From assembly GCA_010405405.1 (NCBI GenBank), contig MU004245.1, forward strand, positions 375,256 through 439,255: DNA of 64,000 nucleotides, given 5' to 3'. Of this stretch, positions 24,357 through 37,590 are shown piece after piece; position 1 is the stretch's first letter, and each line of letters begins with the position of its first letter. The notes below the pieces were generated by a model. That model did not search any database. It saw nothing but the letters and a program-made list of their open reading frames with translations, and had not been told where the DNA came from. The translations under genes were made by a program, and so were the position numbers. Source of the DNA: Microthyrium microscopicum (Eukaryota).

Positions 24357-25025
24357 TTAGTCGAATCACCAGATGTGACATGAATGATGAGGTCTCGGGA
24401 TATTATGACTGGAAATTGAGTTTCATTATGCTCACTTCAGATTCTGGATCAAGCTGGAACTCAACAACATTGGCAGCCCGGACTACACAACCTGCTTTGG
24501 TATCTAAATGCTGGCTAAGCTGGTGTTTTACTCGACCTTGACCCCGGGTGTTATGGGTATGATGGAGCTGCAGGGATGACTTAAATCATCTCTGGACGGA
24601 ACGAGGCAACATAGCCGCGGTCAAAGCTGACATGATTGAATACGATAACGGTGCAGTGTATGATTATATAGGTTGACGAAGCATATCTAGGTTTTAAAAA
24701 TGCGATGATCACGAAGCTACAATGCTACAAGGCTTGCAAATCTAGTGAAGCGACATTATCGAACCACCAAGAATTAACTCAGGCATTATTTTGCGAAGCA
24801 GAATACCATTCGCATGAACCAGGTCTGATTGTAGACTATTGAATTTATATGGCAGGTTATGGCGAATTCCCAACCTTGCTTGGCTAAATCCTTCCGTTGT
24901 TTACGAGTCAAGGTACCCGGTTTGTACAATCCTTATGGACGATATAAGAGAGGCTGAGCCACCATAAGTAGGATTGAACGACAAGACCCTACAAACACCA
25001 TACACCTATTTCATGGTTGTACACA

Positions 25026-27097
25026 ATGGATGAGGAACTTGACGGAGAACTTAAGCACAACCCAATTTCTGGCAATAAAAAAGGCATTGTCCAGCGCCAT
25101 TCATTTGTGGAGAGCACTGGTGCAATAATTTCGCTCACAGAGTTTTTTAAAAGAAGAAGAGAGGCCTGAGGGACAACAAAGAACGCTTTGGTCTATTCTT
25201 CAACCATGGCGCGCGGAAATAGGATTCATCCTATCGGCATGTAGTCTGTTGATTGGTGTTGCTGCTGTGCTCTTCGCGAAGAACAATCACCAGCAGATAC
25301 ACCTTCTAGGACGCATTAACTTGAGTACTGTGGTGGCTCTTCTATCAACTGTCATAAGGGCATTAATCGTTGCTGTAGTTGAGCAAGGTATATTGACTCC
25401 CCTCATTTATCGCGCTGCCTTGCTCACACAACGCCAGTCATCAGTCAGCTCAAATGGAACTCCTACCAAAGGCAGCGACCACTAGAACAATTGCTTTTAC
25501 ATGATCGCGCAAGTCGAGGGCCTTGGGGGTCATTGATTCTGCTCTTCAAGATAAGAAACTTGTGAGTTATAGTAGCACCGAAACAAAGAAGATATTGACT
25601 CATTCTTCCAGTTCCATTGTGCAAATAGCTTGTGTAGTCACAATTTTGTCTCTCGCTATCACTCCGTTCTCTCAGCAGGCTATTTACACCGACAAATGTG
25701 AGAGACCAGCAAAAGGGCCTCGACCAACCATCAGAGTCGCAAAATCGGTACCACCTTCGGCCTCCCAAAACACATACGCTTTGTCTAAAGGAACCATCAT
25801 GTCGAGCTTGATTGATCTTCAACAAACCAGACCTTCATTTCTCAACAATTGTACCTCTGGCTCCTGCTACTTCCAAGCGAACTCTAACAACATAACTCAT
25901 TCCTCGTTGGGTATGTGTTCAGCCTGTCGCGAAATCACGAACAGTATCCAAGAAAATGCCTCCCAAAACCTTGTACTACCGAACAACCTGACTGTATACG
26001 CCACCAATCATCTCACTAACATGACTGTTGGCGAAATGGATTGGTTTTATACCAAAGCGGACGAAGAAGTGAAACGATTGATCCCAAGTGCGTTGAATTG
26101 GACAATATTGACACAAACTACCGAGGGCTGTCATATATCAGCTCCGGAACTTCCTTTACAGTGTGATAGTAATGGCCAAGAGCTGTCTTCAAAATGGAAC
26201 AAACAGAACTTCATGGCAGCAGCCTGTTTCCTCTATCCCTGCACTAAGCACTACTACGGTGTAGTTGAAAATGGCAGATTGAACGAGGTGACTATATCCA
26301 GCGAACCTTTGCTACAACGGCCACTCAACTCCTTTTCGTCCTATGAACCATTGTTTCTGCGTCACTTCATCGGCGCTAACTGCTCCTGTATGGTCAATGG
26401 TACTCGACGAGATCTGACGTTACTGCCTACAAAACTCAAAGATAGCAGCGAGCCAGGTATATTAGTGGAATTGGAAGGTCAATGGTGGAATCTGAGCGAG
26501 GACTGTATCAACAGCGTCAATACCGAGTTTGTGAGCAATCTCTGGGGTTGGTTGAGCTACAATCTTCAAGGCTATTGCTCGGCCAATTCACTGCTAAACA
26601 GCACTTTCGAAAACATTGCTTCGCCAGACTCAGATGTCGTTTGCAACGGATTAGACGGAGGCCCAGATCACTGGTGGTTGACCAACATATACGGTCAAGG
26701 AAATGTCACCTTGAATCACCTTGCCAGAGTATTCGAGGGCATTGCGAATGCTATTACCGATGCAATGCGACAGTCTGCTAGTATGGAAGCTGGGTCGCAG
26801 GCGAATGTGTATGGCTTCATGACAGAGACTGTCATCTGCACTCATTTCCGATGGCGTTGGATGCTATTTCCAGCTTGTCTACTCCTACTTGCAGTAATAT
26901 CACTAGCTTGTACGATGGCATGTACGAGACAACCAATCTGGAAGGATTCTCTATTGCCGCTATTAACTCTTTCCCCGGCCTCTTCGACTCTAGAAGATAT
27001 GAAGACAAAATCGCAGGGCCTCACTGCAATAATTGAGAGAAATGGAGGACGTTGGGAATTCGTAGTCAATGTTGATACCCAAGAGGACACTCGATGA
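25026..27097 (+). CDS. DUF3176-family membrane protein (start uncertain)
   Basis: INLSTVVALLSTV, IISQLKW, DRASRGPWGSL, LAITPFSQQ, CTSGSCYF, HSSLGMCSAC, W.WMLFPA and PIWKDSLLPLL. The ATG at 25026 is not in frame with the domain, so an unresolved intron or frameshift is needed. Confidence 0.75.
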
Positions 27098-27297
27098 ATA
27101 TAAAAGTCCAAGCAAATTTTCGTACATTCAAAGTGGGACGCAGGTAGCCCGACTCATATTTGGACCACCACGACCTGCATGATGCAGCTATCTCTATCAA
27201 TGTAGATCTTTCTTTCTTTTTCGGCTGAGTAGCTTCAAGCTCTCTGTGCAAGAATAGAATACATTATATCCCCGCAGTATTGCTACATGTCTTCCTA

Positions 27298-27318
27298 GTT
27301 TGTTTGTTTGTTTGTTTG
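27298..27318 (+). repeat. (GTTT)5 microsatellite, the (CAAA)n 3' tail of the LINE
   Basis: gtttgtttgtttgtttgtttg immediately inside the left TSD. Confidence 0.85.
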
Positions 27319-29936
27319 GATTTAGCCTTGACTAGTTCCACCGTTACATAGTAGATACTGGCACATGTTATGCTAATACAGCTACCTCTACAACAGCTAT
27401 TTAATATATAAGATTTTGGCCCCAACCGTTAATGTCTATGTCTAACTCCAAGATTCCCAAAATGTCTAAGTTATTACGTAAGCAAGACTTAGTAGAAGAT
27501 ATATCCTAATTTAAGATACTACTAAATATAGGTCTTAAAAAAAGCCTAAAAGATAATAACGCCCCTAAATCTAAAAAGATAATATCCTTAATACCCTAAA
27601 AGATAATAATAAATACTAAATATGCTTAAGGTATAATAAGTCTTAAGTACTACTAGATTTAAGGTTATAGCCTTTCTTTTAATAAAAAAGTAAATATATA
27701 AACGCCTTCTAGCTATTTTATTAGTTTTTTCTCTTATCTTCTCTGTTATCCTTTCTTCTCCTTAATCCTCTTATAGTTCTTAGCCTCTTATTATCTCTTT
27801 ATATATATAATAATCTATTAAGTTATTATAGAATTGTTATAAGAAGTTTAAAGTAGAAAAGGCTCTCTAAAATTTAGCAATTTAGCTTTATATTTAAATT
27901 CCTCTATTATTCTATAAGGCTCTAGCCTATAAAGATAGTTCTTTTTAAGTAGTTCTAATTTTTAATAGCCTTAAGTACTCTAAAAAGATTATTAGGTAAG
28001 TAAGAATATTAACTCTCTAAGAACGTACTTAATTACCTAAGTTTTTTATTAAAGATAAAGCTTTTGCTTCTTTTCTTTCCTTTCTATAATAATTTCCCTT
28101 TCTTTAATCTTAAGTATAACTCTTACTTTAATCTTTTATTTTTTTATATACCTTATATCTTAAATAGCGTCTATTTTAATAATAAAGACTATAATAAGTT
28201 ATACCTTTATAAAATCTACTAGTAGTTTATTATAACTTACTACTTTACTTATATTAATTTATATTTAAAGTTATAGTATGTTAAAACCTAAGTAAATATA
28301 GAGAATATAATAAACTATCTAATTAATATAAATATTATAATATTAATAAAAAGTATTATCTACTACGCTAATCTTAAAAAAATAGTCTTTTAATTCTATA
28401 TAACCTAACTTTAGTCTAAAAAGTATTTTAATAACTCTAATATCTATTCTAAAGTAGAAATCTAATTTATAATAGTTAACTTATTTAATAAGAGTATATA
28501 GTTTATAACTATATTTACCCTTAGTCTACTCCTTCTACTAAGTATTATTTAAAACTCTTTTAATAAATATTTTAAGATAAGTAGTACTCTTTAATTTAAC
28601 TAATAAATTAAGGTAATTAATAAACCCTTCCTTAATACCTTACTTAATAAGCAAGTTAATATAATTATTACCTTTAATATTCTTATACCTAAGTATTTAA
28701 TAAATATAAATTAGTCTAGTAATTTACTTATAGGCCTTATAGAATATATATATAAACTATTAGGCTATCTTTACGTTAAGATTATATAAAAAAAAGTATA
28801 CTCTCTAATTATTAATCTAAATATAAGTAAAAGTAAAATCTTATAAACCTACGTCTACTTAATCTCTTAAGGCTTAGGCTACTATAAAGGCCTTAATATT
28901 ATATACTAAAGTATGCTATAGTAAGCTAAAATACTACTACTTTTTAGTTAGTATATTAATCTAATAATTTCCTTATTTTAAAGTATAATCCTTAAGTATA
29001 GGATTTTAGTAAAAAAAGGTAGCCCTAACCTTACCCTTAATATTTAAGCTATTAATAAAATAGTAAATATAATCTAAAGTATCTTAAAAAGTCTATAAAT
29101 AGAACCTCTTAGCCTTAAGGTCGCTATAAATAAGATTAAAAATAGGCATACTTTACTAAGGCTTATAAATAAATAAAGAGAGCTTTAATAAACCCTAAAA
29201 ATTAATACCTAAATATAAGGCTTAAAGCTAGAAAACGAGAAGGCGAAATAATAACTAATATAAGGCTTACTATAAAGCTTACCTTATTAATAGCTTACGT
29301 ACTTTAACTAAAAACTTTTTAAGGGCGTGTTTCTTTTAAATAATATAAAATACTACTAATTAAAAGATTTCTAAGATCCTTTATTAAACTAGGAGGAGGC
29401 CTAATTTAACGTTATATATTACTCTTATAATATTAATTTAGCCTCTACTAATAACTAATACTAAGTCTCTTTAAATCGTTTGTAGGGTAGCTACTACTTC
29501 CTTCTAATATTCTTAAATAAAATATTTATATAGAAATATTAATAATATTATAAATTTATAAATTTACCTTAAAGCTATTAAATTAGCTCTATACTTTTTT
29601 AATTTTATAAAGTAACGTAAAATTATAAGGGCCGCGTTAGCCTTTTCTTTCCTTATTACTATATATTTAGCCTAATTTAGATAATTATCTAAATAAACCT
29701 TTAAAATCTTATAAAAGTCTATAAGAAGAATATTAACTTTATTATTATACTTTAAAAAAAAAGACTTTACCTTAAAAATAATAGCGTAAGTCTATAGTTA
29801 TACTAAATAAAAGAGTAAAAACTTCTCTAATATAAACTATAATCTATAAAAAGTAATCTATTAGTAGTTAAAGGTAAGTTCCTTCTAAAGAAACTACTTC
29901 TAATAACTAGTTATTTTACCTACTATAGCTATAATA

Positions 29937-30163
29937 TGTGACGAGCTGCGGAACTCAGAGCGAGCAGATAATTAGATTGTATTCTAGAATCTACGAACGG
30001 GAGAGAGAGAGAAGAAGATCTAGAAGAGCTGCAGATCTACGAGGGATGTAAGTCCGCTTAGCAGATCCTCAGACGCGCTAACCTCCTTAGGTCTAACGCG
30101 TGATCTTGTAATAAGATCTCTCTTACAATACCGCTATAAAGTCTATAAAAAGGAATTATCACA
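29937..30163 (-). repeat. 3' LTR of the Gypsy element
   Basis: Direct repeat of 37364-37590; about 25 differences by eye, all C/T or G/A transitions. Confidence 0.95.
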
Positions 30164-33100
30164 CGACCCCCTCCTTCAGCATAGCTCTCCGGGCTATAAA
30201 TTACTAATTATAACTGCTTTCCTAATCTATTCTATTCCAATCCGGTCCAGTCTAGTCTAGTCTAGTTCAGTCTAATCCAATCTAACAAACTTTTGGTAAT
30301 AAATAATATTTCGATCCTTCTATAGTACAACACTAACCTTACTAGTCGTTTAGAGCATCTCGACCTCCGGTCTGTTAAGGTAACTGTTAAGAAGCATTAA
30401 CGAACCCTAAGATATTTTTAGAATACTCCGGTTCTCAAGTTCTAGTAGTCTAGTAGTTAGTGATCCTATTAGTATAGGGGAATTAGTAGTATAATTATTT
30501 ACTCCTCTTAATCAATAAGAACGCTGTTAGAGTCATAATTAACACCGTCGCTAGTAGGCTCTAGTATTAGTGGTATCTAGGTGGGATATAGGCTTAGCTT
30601 GTTGGGGTGCCAAGCGTGAAACTTAGTAATAAGCTCTGGCGCGTTCTTAGCAGCTGTTTAATCATACCATTTAGCTTTATCGTAACTAGTATACTTGATC
30701 TCGTATTATAGCTTTTTATATTAACCGGCGAAGCGACTGTTAACGATAGCGTTAACAAACTATTCGTTGTTGTTTATGATTTCTCTAATGACTACTAGTA
30801 GTGGATTAGTATGCCTAAGTAACTTAGCGTCGTCTATAATATAATAAAGGACCTAAGCGTGGAAGATATTATATATCTTTATAAAAGAGAAGAGATTGAG
30901 TTTATAGGTGACGGCATTAATTTTCTTAATTATATGGAAGGGACCTATATTCTTATCATCTAGAGTCTTTAAGGGATGTGAAGTAAGGTAATTTCGTGTA
31001 TCTAAGCGAACCTAGTTATCTAATAATAGGTCTAGAGCCGCGTGGTGATAGCGGTTGGCGTATTCTGCTTACTAAGCTTAGGCTTAGATTAATTGCTTTA
31101 TTAAGTAATTGTATATCTCGGCGTGACCTTTCTATATCGTATTTATATTAATAGTATCCTTATTAGCAGCTATAAAGGCATTTGTAGGTTTTGGGAGGCG
31201 ATGTAAGGACTCGAGGCCTAAATAAAAGTTAAATCCGTTTTAAGCTTTAAAGAGTATAACTCCTATGGTGGCGTTTATGGCAGAATTGACTATAAATTTA
31301 GCAAAGGGCAGAAGAGCTACTTAGTTATCTTAATCTTAGTTAATAAACGCGCGTAAGAACTACTTGAGTGTGGTGACTGAGATTTCTGTTATGCCGTTAA
31401 TTTTAGGGTGAAATGCTGTATTAAGACGAAGTATTATATTTACGCGTTTATATAAGCGCTTTTAAAACGCGGAGATAAATTAGCTACTGTGATTTGAAAG
31501 AATTATTAATAGTTAGCTAACGAGCTTCCACACGTGGTTAATGAAGGCTAGTACTATTAAGTCTATAGATAGGTCTAGTAATAGGATGAAACGTTAGGTC
31601 TATGTATATTAGTCAACGACTACTATAACGTATTAATAAATTACACCTTAGTATAAATAGTGAGGTAGTAAGATGGCAAAGTTGATAAAGATATCTAATT
31701 ATATACGCTTAAGGAGAGGGAATTGACGTAAGAAGCCTTACTTCTTTTAGTGAACGGGTTTAGTAAACACGTATTTGTAGCCTTTAACAAAGCTCTTAAC
31801 GTCCTACAATATCTTAGGCTATTAGTAATCTTCTTATAGGTAGTAGTAAGTTGTTACTGTTCCACTATAGCCTATAGCTTTATAGCTATACGCGCTTTAT
31901 ATAGCGCGATGCTGAAGCTTATCTTAAGGGATAAAGATCCGATTATAGTAGAGGATTATCTTATCAGCAGCTACTATGTAGTCTTTAAGCTCGATTTGTT
32001 CTCGTTTTGGAGTGCTAAAGGGTAAGAAGAGCTAGTAGTCGGTCTTGGTATAATAAATAGCGATCATTGTTTTATTGTGCTCCGTTACGTTTATAATATC
32101 CTATAGGAATTAGTCGCTATTAAAATTTAGGAATAGGTTATCTCCTAAGGGATTAAGTAGCTCACCCTTAGGCGTCTCGTTGTTACTAAGAGACTCTCTT
32201 ATAAGATTAAGTAGCTTACCTATAGGATTAGAAATATCTAATTCATCTTAAGTAATGGTAGCTAAGTATAGTATTAAGAGGCGGGCGAATTTAATAAGCA
32301 ATATAGCTAGCTTTATTGCGTGTTCCGTATTAAATTAGTATAGGAATAATAAAAGTCAGACTTATTAAGAGACGTAAGGGTTATCGTCACTTTGTAGAAT
32401 ATTTTATAACTGACGGGTGAGGGTATTTACCTTTCCATTAGCCGTACTTAGGCGGTACTTTATTTTGAAGTGAAACTGGGAGAGGAACTTAGCTTATTTA
32501 GCTTATTGTTAAGAGAGACGTTTTGTTATTATAAACGTCTAAAGGTTATAGTAATTAAAGAATACTTGAATAGGGTCGATGGAGCTAAATAGCTTTGGTT
32601 TCTACTCTTTAAATGCGCGAACGATAGCTAGAAGCTCTTTATCGTAAATGTCATAATTATATTCTATTAAAGTCATCTTTTTCGAGAGATACGCGACTAG
32701 ATAAAGTTTCTTATCGTTACCTTTTTAAGAGAGGACCGCGGCATAAACCCAATCCGAGGCGTCTGTCTCTAGCTATATTTCTTTTGTATAATTAAAGTGA
32801 CGTAATATCTTAGCGGATGTGAAGTCTTGCTTTAGCTTCTCGAACGCACGTTCCTTTGGCTCATTAAGGTTTTAAGGGAAGATTACCATAGCGTCCTTCT
32901 TTATAAGTGCTATTAGCGGTGCTGTAGTCTTTAAATATTTAAGAATAAATCAATAGTAGAAGTTGGCAAAGCTAAGGAAAGCTTAAATGTCTTTTATTAA
33001 AGAGGGATGTTGCTAATTAACTACGCTTTAAACCTTTTTTAAGTCTATCTCGATGCCTTTAGTAGTAATAATCAGGCTGAGGTATTTAATCCGTTAAGTA

Positions 33101-36100
33101 TTAAATTCACACTTCTGGATATCTAAGTACAATTCTACTTTACCTATTACTTTTAGAACTAAGTGGGTATAAGCGGTGTAGCCAGCTTTAGTATTACTAA
33201 AGACTAACAGATCGTCTATATAGCCTATAACGAAGTTATTTAGGTAATCGATTAGAATATAATTAAGATAAGCTTAGAAGGTCCTTAGGGCTTTGGTGAG
33301 GCTAAAGGGCATAACTTTAAATTCGTATAACTTATAACGAGTTAGGAATGCGGTTTTATATTCGTCGTTAGGTTTAATGCGGATATGTGTGAAGGCGGCG
33401 ATAATGTCGAATTTAGAGAAGTATTTTGCATAATAGATATAAGTAAGTGTTTTTAATAGCTACAAAGGAACATTACGATTCTTTTATATAATCTTATTGA
33501 GTCTATAATAATTAATATAAACTTAAATTCCTTCTTCTAGCTTATATACATATAATATTAATACGGCGTAATGTGATTTACTAGCTTAAACTTAATTTTG
33601 ACTAAGTATTTAATTAACGTATTATTTAATAACAAGGGATTCTTAATAACCTAAGCTATTATAGTGGCGTTTAGGGATCGTAGCGTCCAAAATAATATTA
33701 ATAGAGTAATCTTATTTACCACAGTATGGTGCGAGTTTATTACCCAATTTTGGGTCGAAGACGTCTATATAATGGTGATATTTCTTTAGTAGGTGTTTAA
33801 GAATCTCGTCTCGTGAGAGAGGAGGCTTATTATACTTCTCTCGTTATTTTTTAAAATCCTTAGGTAAGATTTTGCTTAAGTTGATAGCAACGTCTTCCTT
33901 TAGTATAGGATCTAGGTCTAGAGGTTTCTTTTCCTTTTTATCTTTAAAGTCGTCAGGCCAGATTTCGTTAAATTGCCAGCCTTATTCTAGTAACTTAACG
34001 AAGGCAGTAGTACTAACCATAGTGACGTTTTTAAAGCGAGGGTCTGTCAGATTAACTGAGCGGCCTTTACAATCCATTAAGATTAGGCGGCCTATTAATA
34101 AGCAGTATATAAGGTAGTGGTCTAAGTTGAAGTAGATTTGCTTCTTGCCTCCTTTAAAAGTAACCTCGTGGAGGTCGATCTAAGGGTTGCTAAGGATAAG
34201 ATTATAGCTAGCGACGTTTATAATAAAGTAGCAGATTTATTCGATATGCCTTCCTAAACGGACGTTAACTATAGCGGCTTTATCGACTTTCGTGATAGCC
34301 TTACCGTTAGCTAATTGTATGATTTAGGGGGCGGAGAGATCAATAGTAGGGATCCTGTGTTGTTTAATAAAGTTAAGATGAATGATTCCCATCGCTCCAC
34401 TGTTAATGTTTATAAGGATGTTAATTTTCGAGTAGTAGCCTTATTTTAGAAAGAATACGGTACTAGAGGTGGTCCATTAGTCACTTACTATAGGTATGGC
34501 GACTACTTCTTAAGGACGGAAATCGTATGCCATAGAGGCGAGGGATATCTTAATGACAGCTAGTTTAGTGTCGTCGAATATGATAGGCTTTAAAAATGAC
34601 GCTCGTTAAAAATCGCCTTCTAGGCGCTAAATAGTCTTATCGACCTTATATTGAATTTATTCTTTAAAGAGAACTGGCTCAGGATTAGGTTCCTCCTTCT
34701 TCCGTCGTTGATTATGCGCTTCTTGCTTATTTAGCTCCTTTGCGCGTTTCTGTAGAGGAGCTTTCAGTTTTCCACATCATTATCGTAATCGTACTTATTA
34801 TAATTATCCTCTATAGTTGGGGACTGAGGAGATTAAATAGTAATTCAATCGTAGATAGCGGTAAACTTTATAATAATAGCGGTGACCTTCAGTTAGATTT
34901 TGGTATCTAAAAGGGCGTCTTAATCTTTATATAGTGTTGAGTTATGCCAATAGCTATGGCCCTTTTCTTTATACTTTATGTAACGGTTGTTAGCCTTTAA
35001 GGCATTATAGATGTTTAAAGAGCGGTTAAACTTTAATTTCCATCCGCTACCCTCAGCTACTAGACGATTGTTATTATCGTAGCTTTGTGGATTGGTAAAA
35101 AAAACGTATTTAATATAACGAGTAATAGTATATAAGCTCTTAAGGAAGTTGGTAAATGTTTTCGATTTTATGAAGAGCACTCTTTTTACGAACTTTAGGA
35201 GTAGAAGGGAACGTATTTTGATAATCTTATCTTAATTACTAAGCTTGGCTTCTCGTAAGTTCTTTAAGAAGCGGGCTAAGAATTGTTTAAGCTTCTTAGT
35301 AGGCTTCATCATAGCTTCCTAACTTTTAAGCTAGGTTTTAGCGGTGATATAACCATCTTTAATACCATACTCACGGTTTAAATTAAACTATATCTCTATT
35401 ACGGATAAATATAGGTTAGTTAACTTATGGTCACTTCGTTTGTCGATAGTACTAAACGCTTAATCCTCTGTCGCTCCTTAGACGACTTAAATCTTAAAGG
35501 TTTTTGTAAGATAGACTTATGCGTTGTTATTAAGGTAATTTAATACTTTGCCTTTCTAAGCGCGATACTTCTACTTATCCTTTCTTAAGAAGAGTGAAGG
35601 CTTATCGCCCTATACTTTAAAAAGAGAGGCGCTACCAACCAAGTTAAGGTTAGAGAAGGAAGTAGTTCAACGCAAGTTTAGTACCCTTAAAGGTATATTT
35701 AGGTTAGGTTAATCTATGTCTCGAGCTAAGGAGGTCTAGCGAAATAGATCATTATCTACTAACTTATCGCGATCAAGATAGGGATTAGTCGCCTTAATAG
35801 CTAAGGGTTTCTTTTAGAGAGCGTTAATCTAAACTTAAAGGATGGTAGCTTTGTCTACCTTCTCTTATAGAGCCTTATAGTATTTACCAATCTTGTCAAC
35901 GTGGGTAGCAAGTGCTTCCTTAAGCAGATCGTTATTATATTATAGTTCTTGTGCCTTCTAGCGGGTGGTTACTACTTCCTTAAAGATAATAGTATTGTCT
36001 TAAATTTACGCTTTAAGGTAAGTAATCTACTTTACGCGTTTATCGTTAGTTTTAGCTAAGTCTTATATCTCTTCTTAAGCTTCTAAAGCTTCTTTCTAGA

Positions 36101-37363
36101 GAGTATAGATTAAATTTATATTGCGAGCGTTTATATTTTATTTAATTTTAAAGAGGTAGGCTATGGTTTGAGAGGCCGATAATGAGGCGTAGAGCTATAT
36201 AATTAAGTTGTCTAGTGTAATTTCTCCTTTTAATAGACGTTCCAAGTCCGCACTCGATTTGATTAAGTAGTAAGAGTGATAGCGGAGGTCTAATTACTTT
36301 TCTTTACGACGGAGGTATACTCTTATATCTTTTAGCTCGTCGCCTTCTTTACTAGGCATCTTTTGTACTTAAGTAGCTTAGAAGATCAGAAGGTTCTTAT
36401 TGACGGTTAGAGTGACTAGTCGATTAAGGTCTGTTACTATAGGGTAGTAAAATATTAATACGGGTAATACTTTAAGGCCTTCAACTTACTAGCGTAGTTC
36501 CATTAGCTATTCGTGTATTCTAAAAGAAAGTCTAGTGTTATTATTAGGTTGGAAAGGAGCTGGTAACCGGTTATCTCTTATGTTCATTTAGTTTAATAAA
36601 GTTATTCGACTAGCATTTTAAGGGGCGTCTTCTGACGCTTTAGTCTCTTTACTTTTACGGCCTCGTTCTAATAGATAATTATCTTCTAACTCGTCTTTAT
36701 CTTCTAATAACGCTCTTAAGTTTAGTTTTAGCGGTTTTAATAGTCTTAAGACGCTCTTTACCGAATCTATTACTTTCTAGGTAGTATCCGGTTATACTAG
36801 ATCCTAAGTGTTGGGTCCGCTTTAATACTTGGCACGTATAGCGGAGGGGCGACGCGATAGAGATAGGTAACGCGAGCGTATGGGAGATAAAAATAAGTAC
36901 CGATTATTAGGCTAAGTACGAGTAATTAAAGACGGCGAGCGGGCTATATAACCATTAACTTAAGTCTATTAGTTAAGAGCCTTATTAGCTATAGTTATAA
37001 ATAATGAAGAAGGGTACTAGGAGGGAACGCTTATTTATTTGGTGTGTTTTAATAGTAAATGTGTTAAGTATAATTACGGATATTTAGTAGTAGTATAGAA
37101 GATAAACTTTAGTGTTCTGTAGAACTAAGGATGAGGGGTAATTAACGCTTAGACCGTTAATAGGTCAAAGAGTGTTAGGGAATCCTAACGCTTTAATTGG
37201 ACAAGGGGTTAGTGGAGCTAATAGATTTGGTGAATCTATGAAGGATCTTTAATAGGATTTAAGATCACGCGTGCGGAATATTGATCTATACAGGCGCTTC
37301 TTTGGAAGTAAATTCTAGGGTGCGCGGTGTAAGCGCGCGGGTGGTTGAAAGGTTCGTAGATTA

Positions 37364-37590
37364 TGTGACGAGCTGCGGAACTTAGAGCGAGTAGATAATC
37401 AGATTGTATTTTAGAATCTACAAACGGGAGAGAGAGAGAAGAAGATTTAGAAGAGCTGTAGATCTGTGAGGGATGTAAGTCCGCTCGGCAGATCCTTGGG
37501 CGCGCTAACCCCCTTGGGTCTAGCGCGTGATCTTGTAACAAGATCTCTCTTACAACACCGCTGTGAAGCCTGTGAAGAGGAATTATCACA
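37364..37590 (-). repeat. 5' LTR of the Gypsy element
   Basis: Direct repeat of 29937-30163, followed on the minus strand by the putative primer-binding site AATCTACGAAC. Confidence 0.95.

Larger units (their letters stand above)
29937..37590 (-). mobile_element. Full-length Ty3/Gypsy chromovirus LTR retrotransposon (7654 bp), RIP-inactivated
   Basis: 227-bp LTRs at 29937-30163 and 37364-37590 (TG...CA), TSD TAATA, and a polypurine tract at ~30164-30177. Minus-strand motifs: protease INSGA (~34400), [13 protein letters not shown] and GYIDDLLVF (~33200-33330), RNase H LETDASD and NYDIYDKELLAIV (~32620-32770), integrase TAFHPK and IGPF, and a chromodomain-like region at ~30690-30790. Many in-frame stops. 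Confidence 0.95.

Noticed and set aside
27462..27618. Possible acidic antisense mini-ORF in the LINE 3' region with repeated CTAAAAGATAATA-like units
   Set aside because: It needs many RIP reversals plus a frameshift and cannot be supported.
27475..29301. TACGTAAGC ... GCTTACGTA about 1.8 kb apart, resembling Fot1/pogo terminal repeats
   Set aside because: Only 9 bp match, and the enclosed sequence carries LINE RNase H motifs continuous with the RT.
30235..30290. (TAGTC)n-like pentamer repeats
   Set aside because: A degenerate microsatellite in the Gypsy 3' untranslated region; no spacers, not CRISPR-like.
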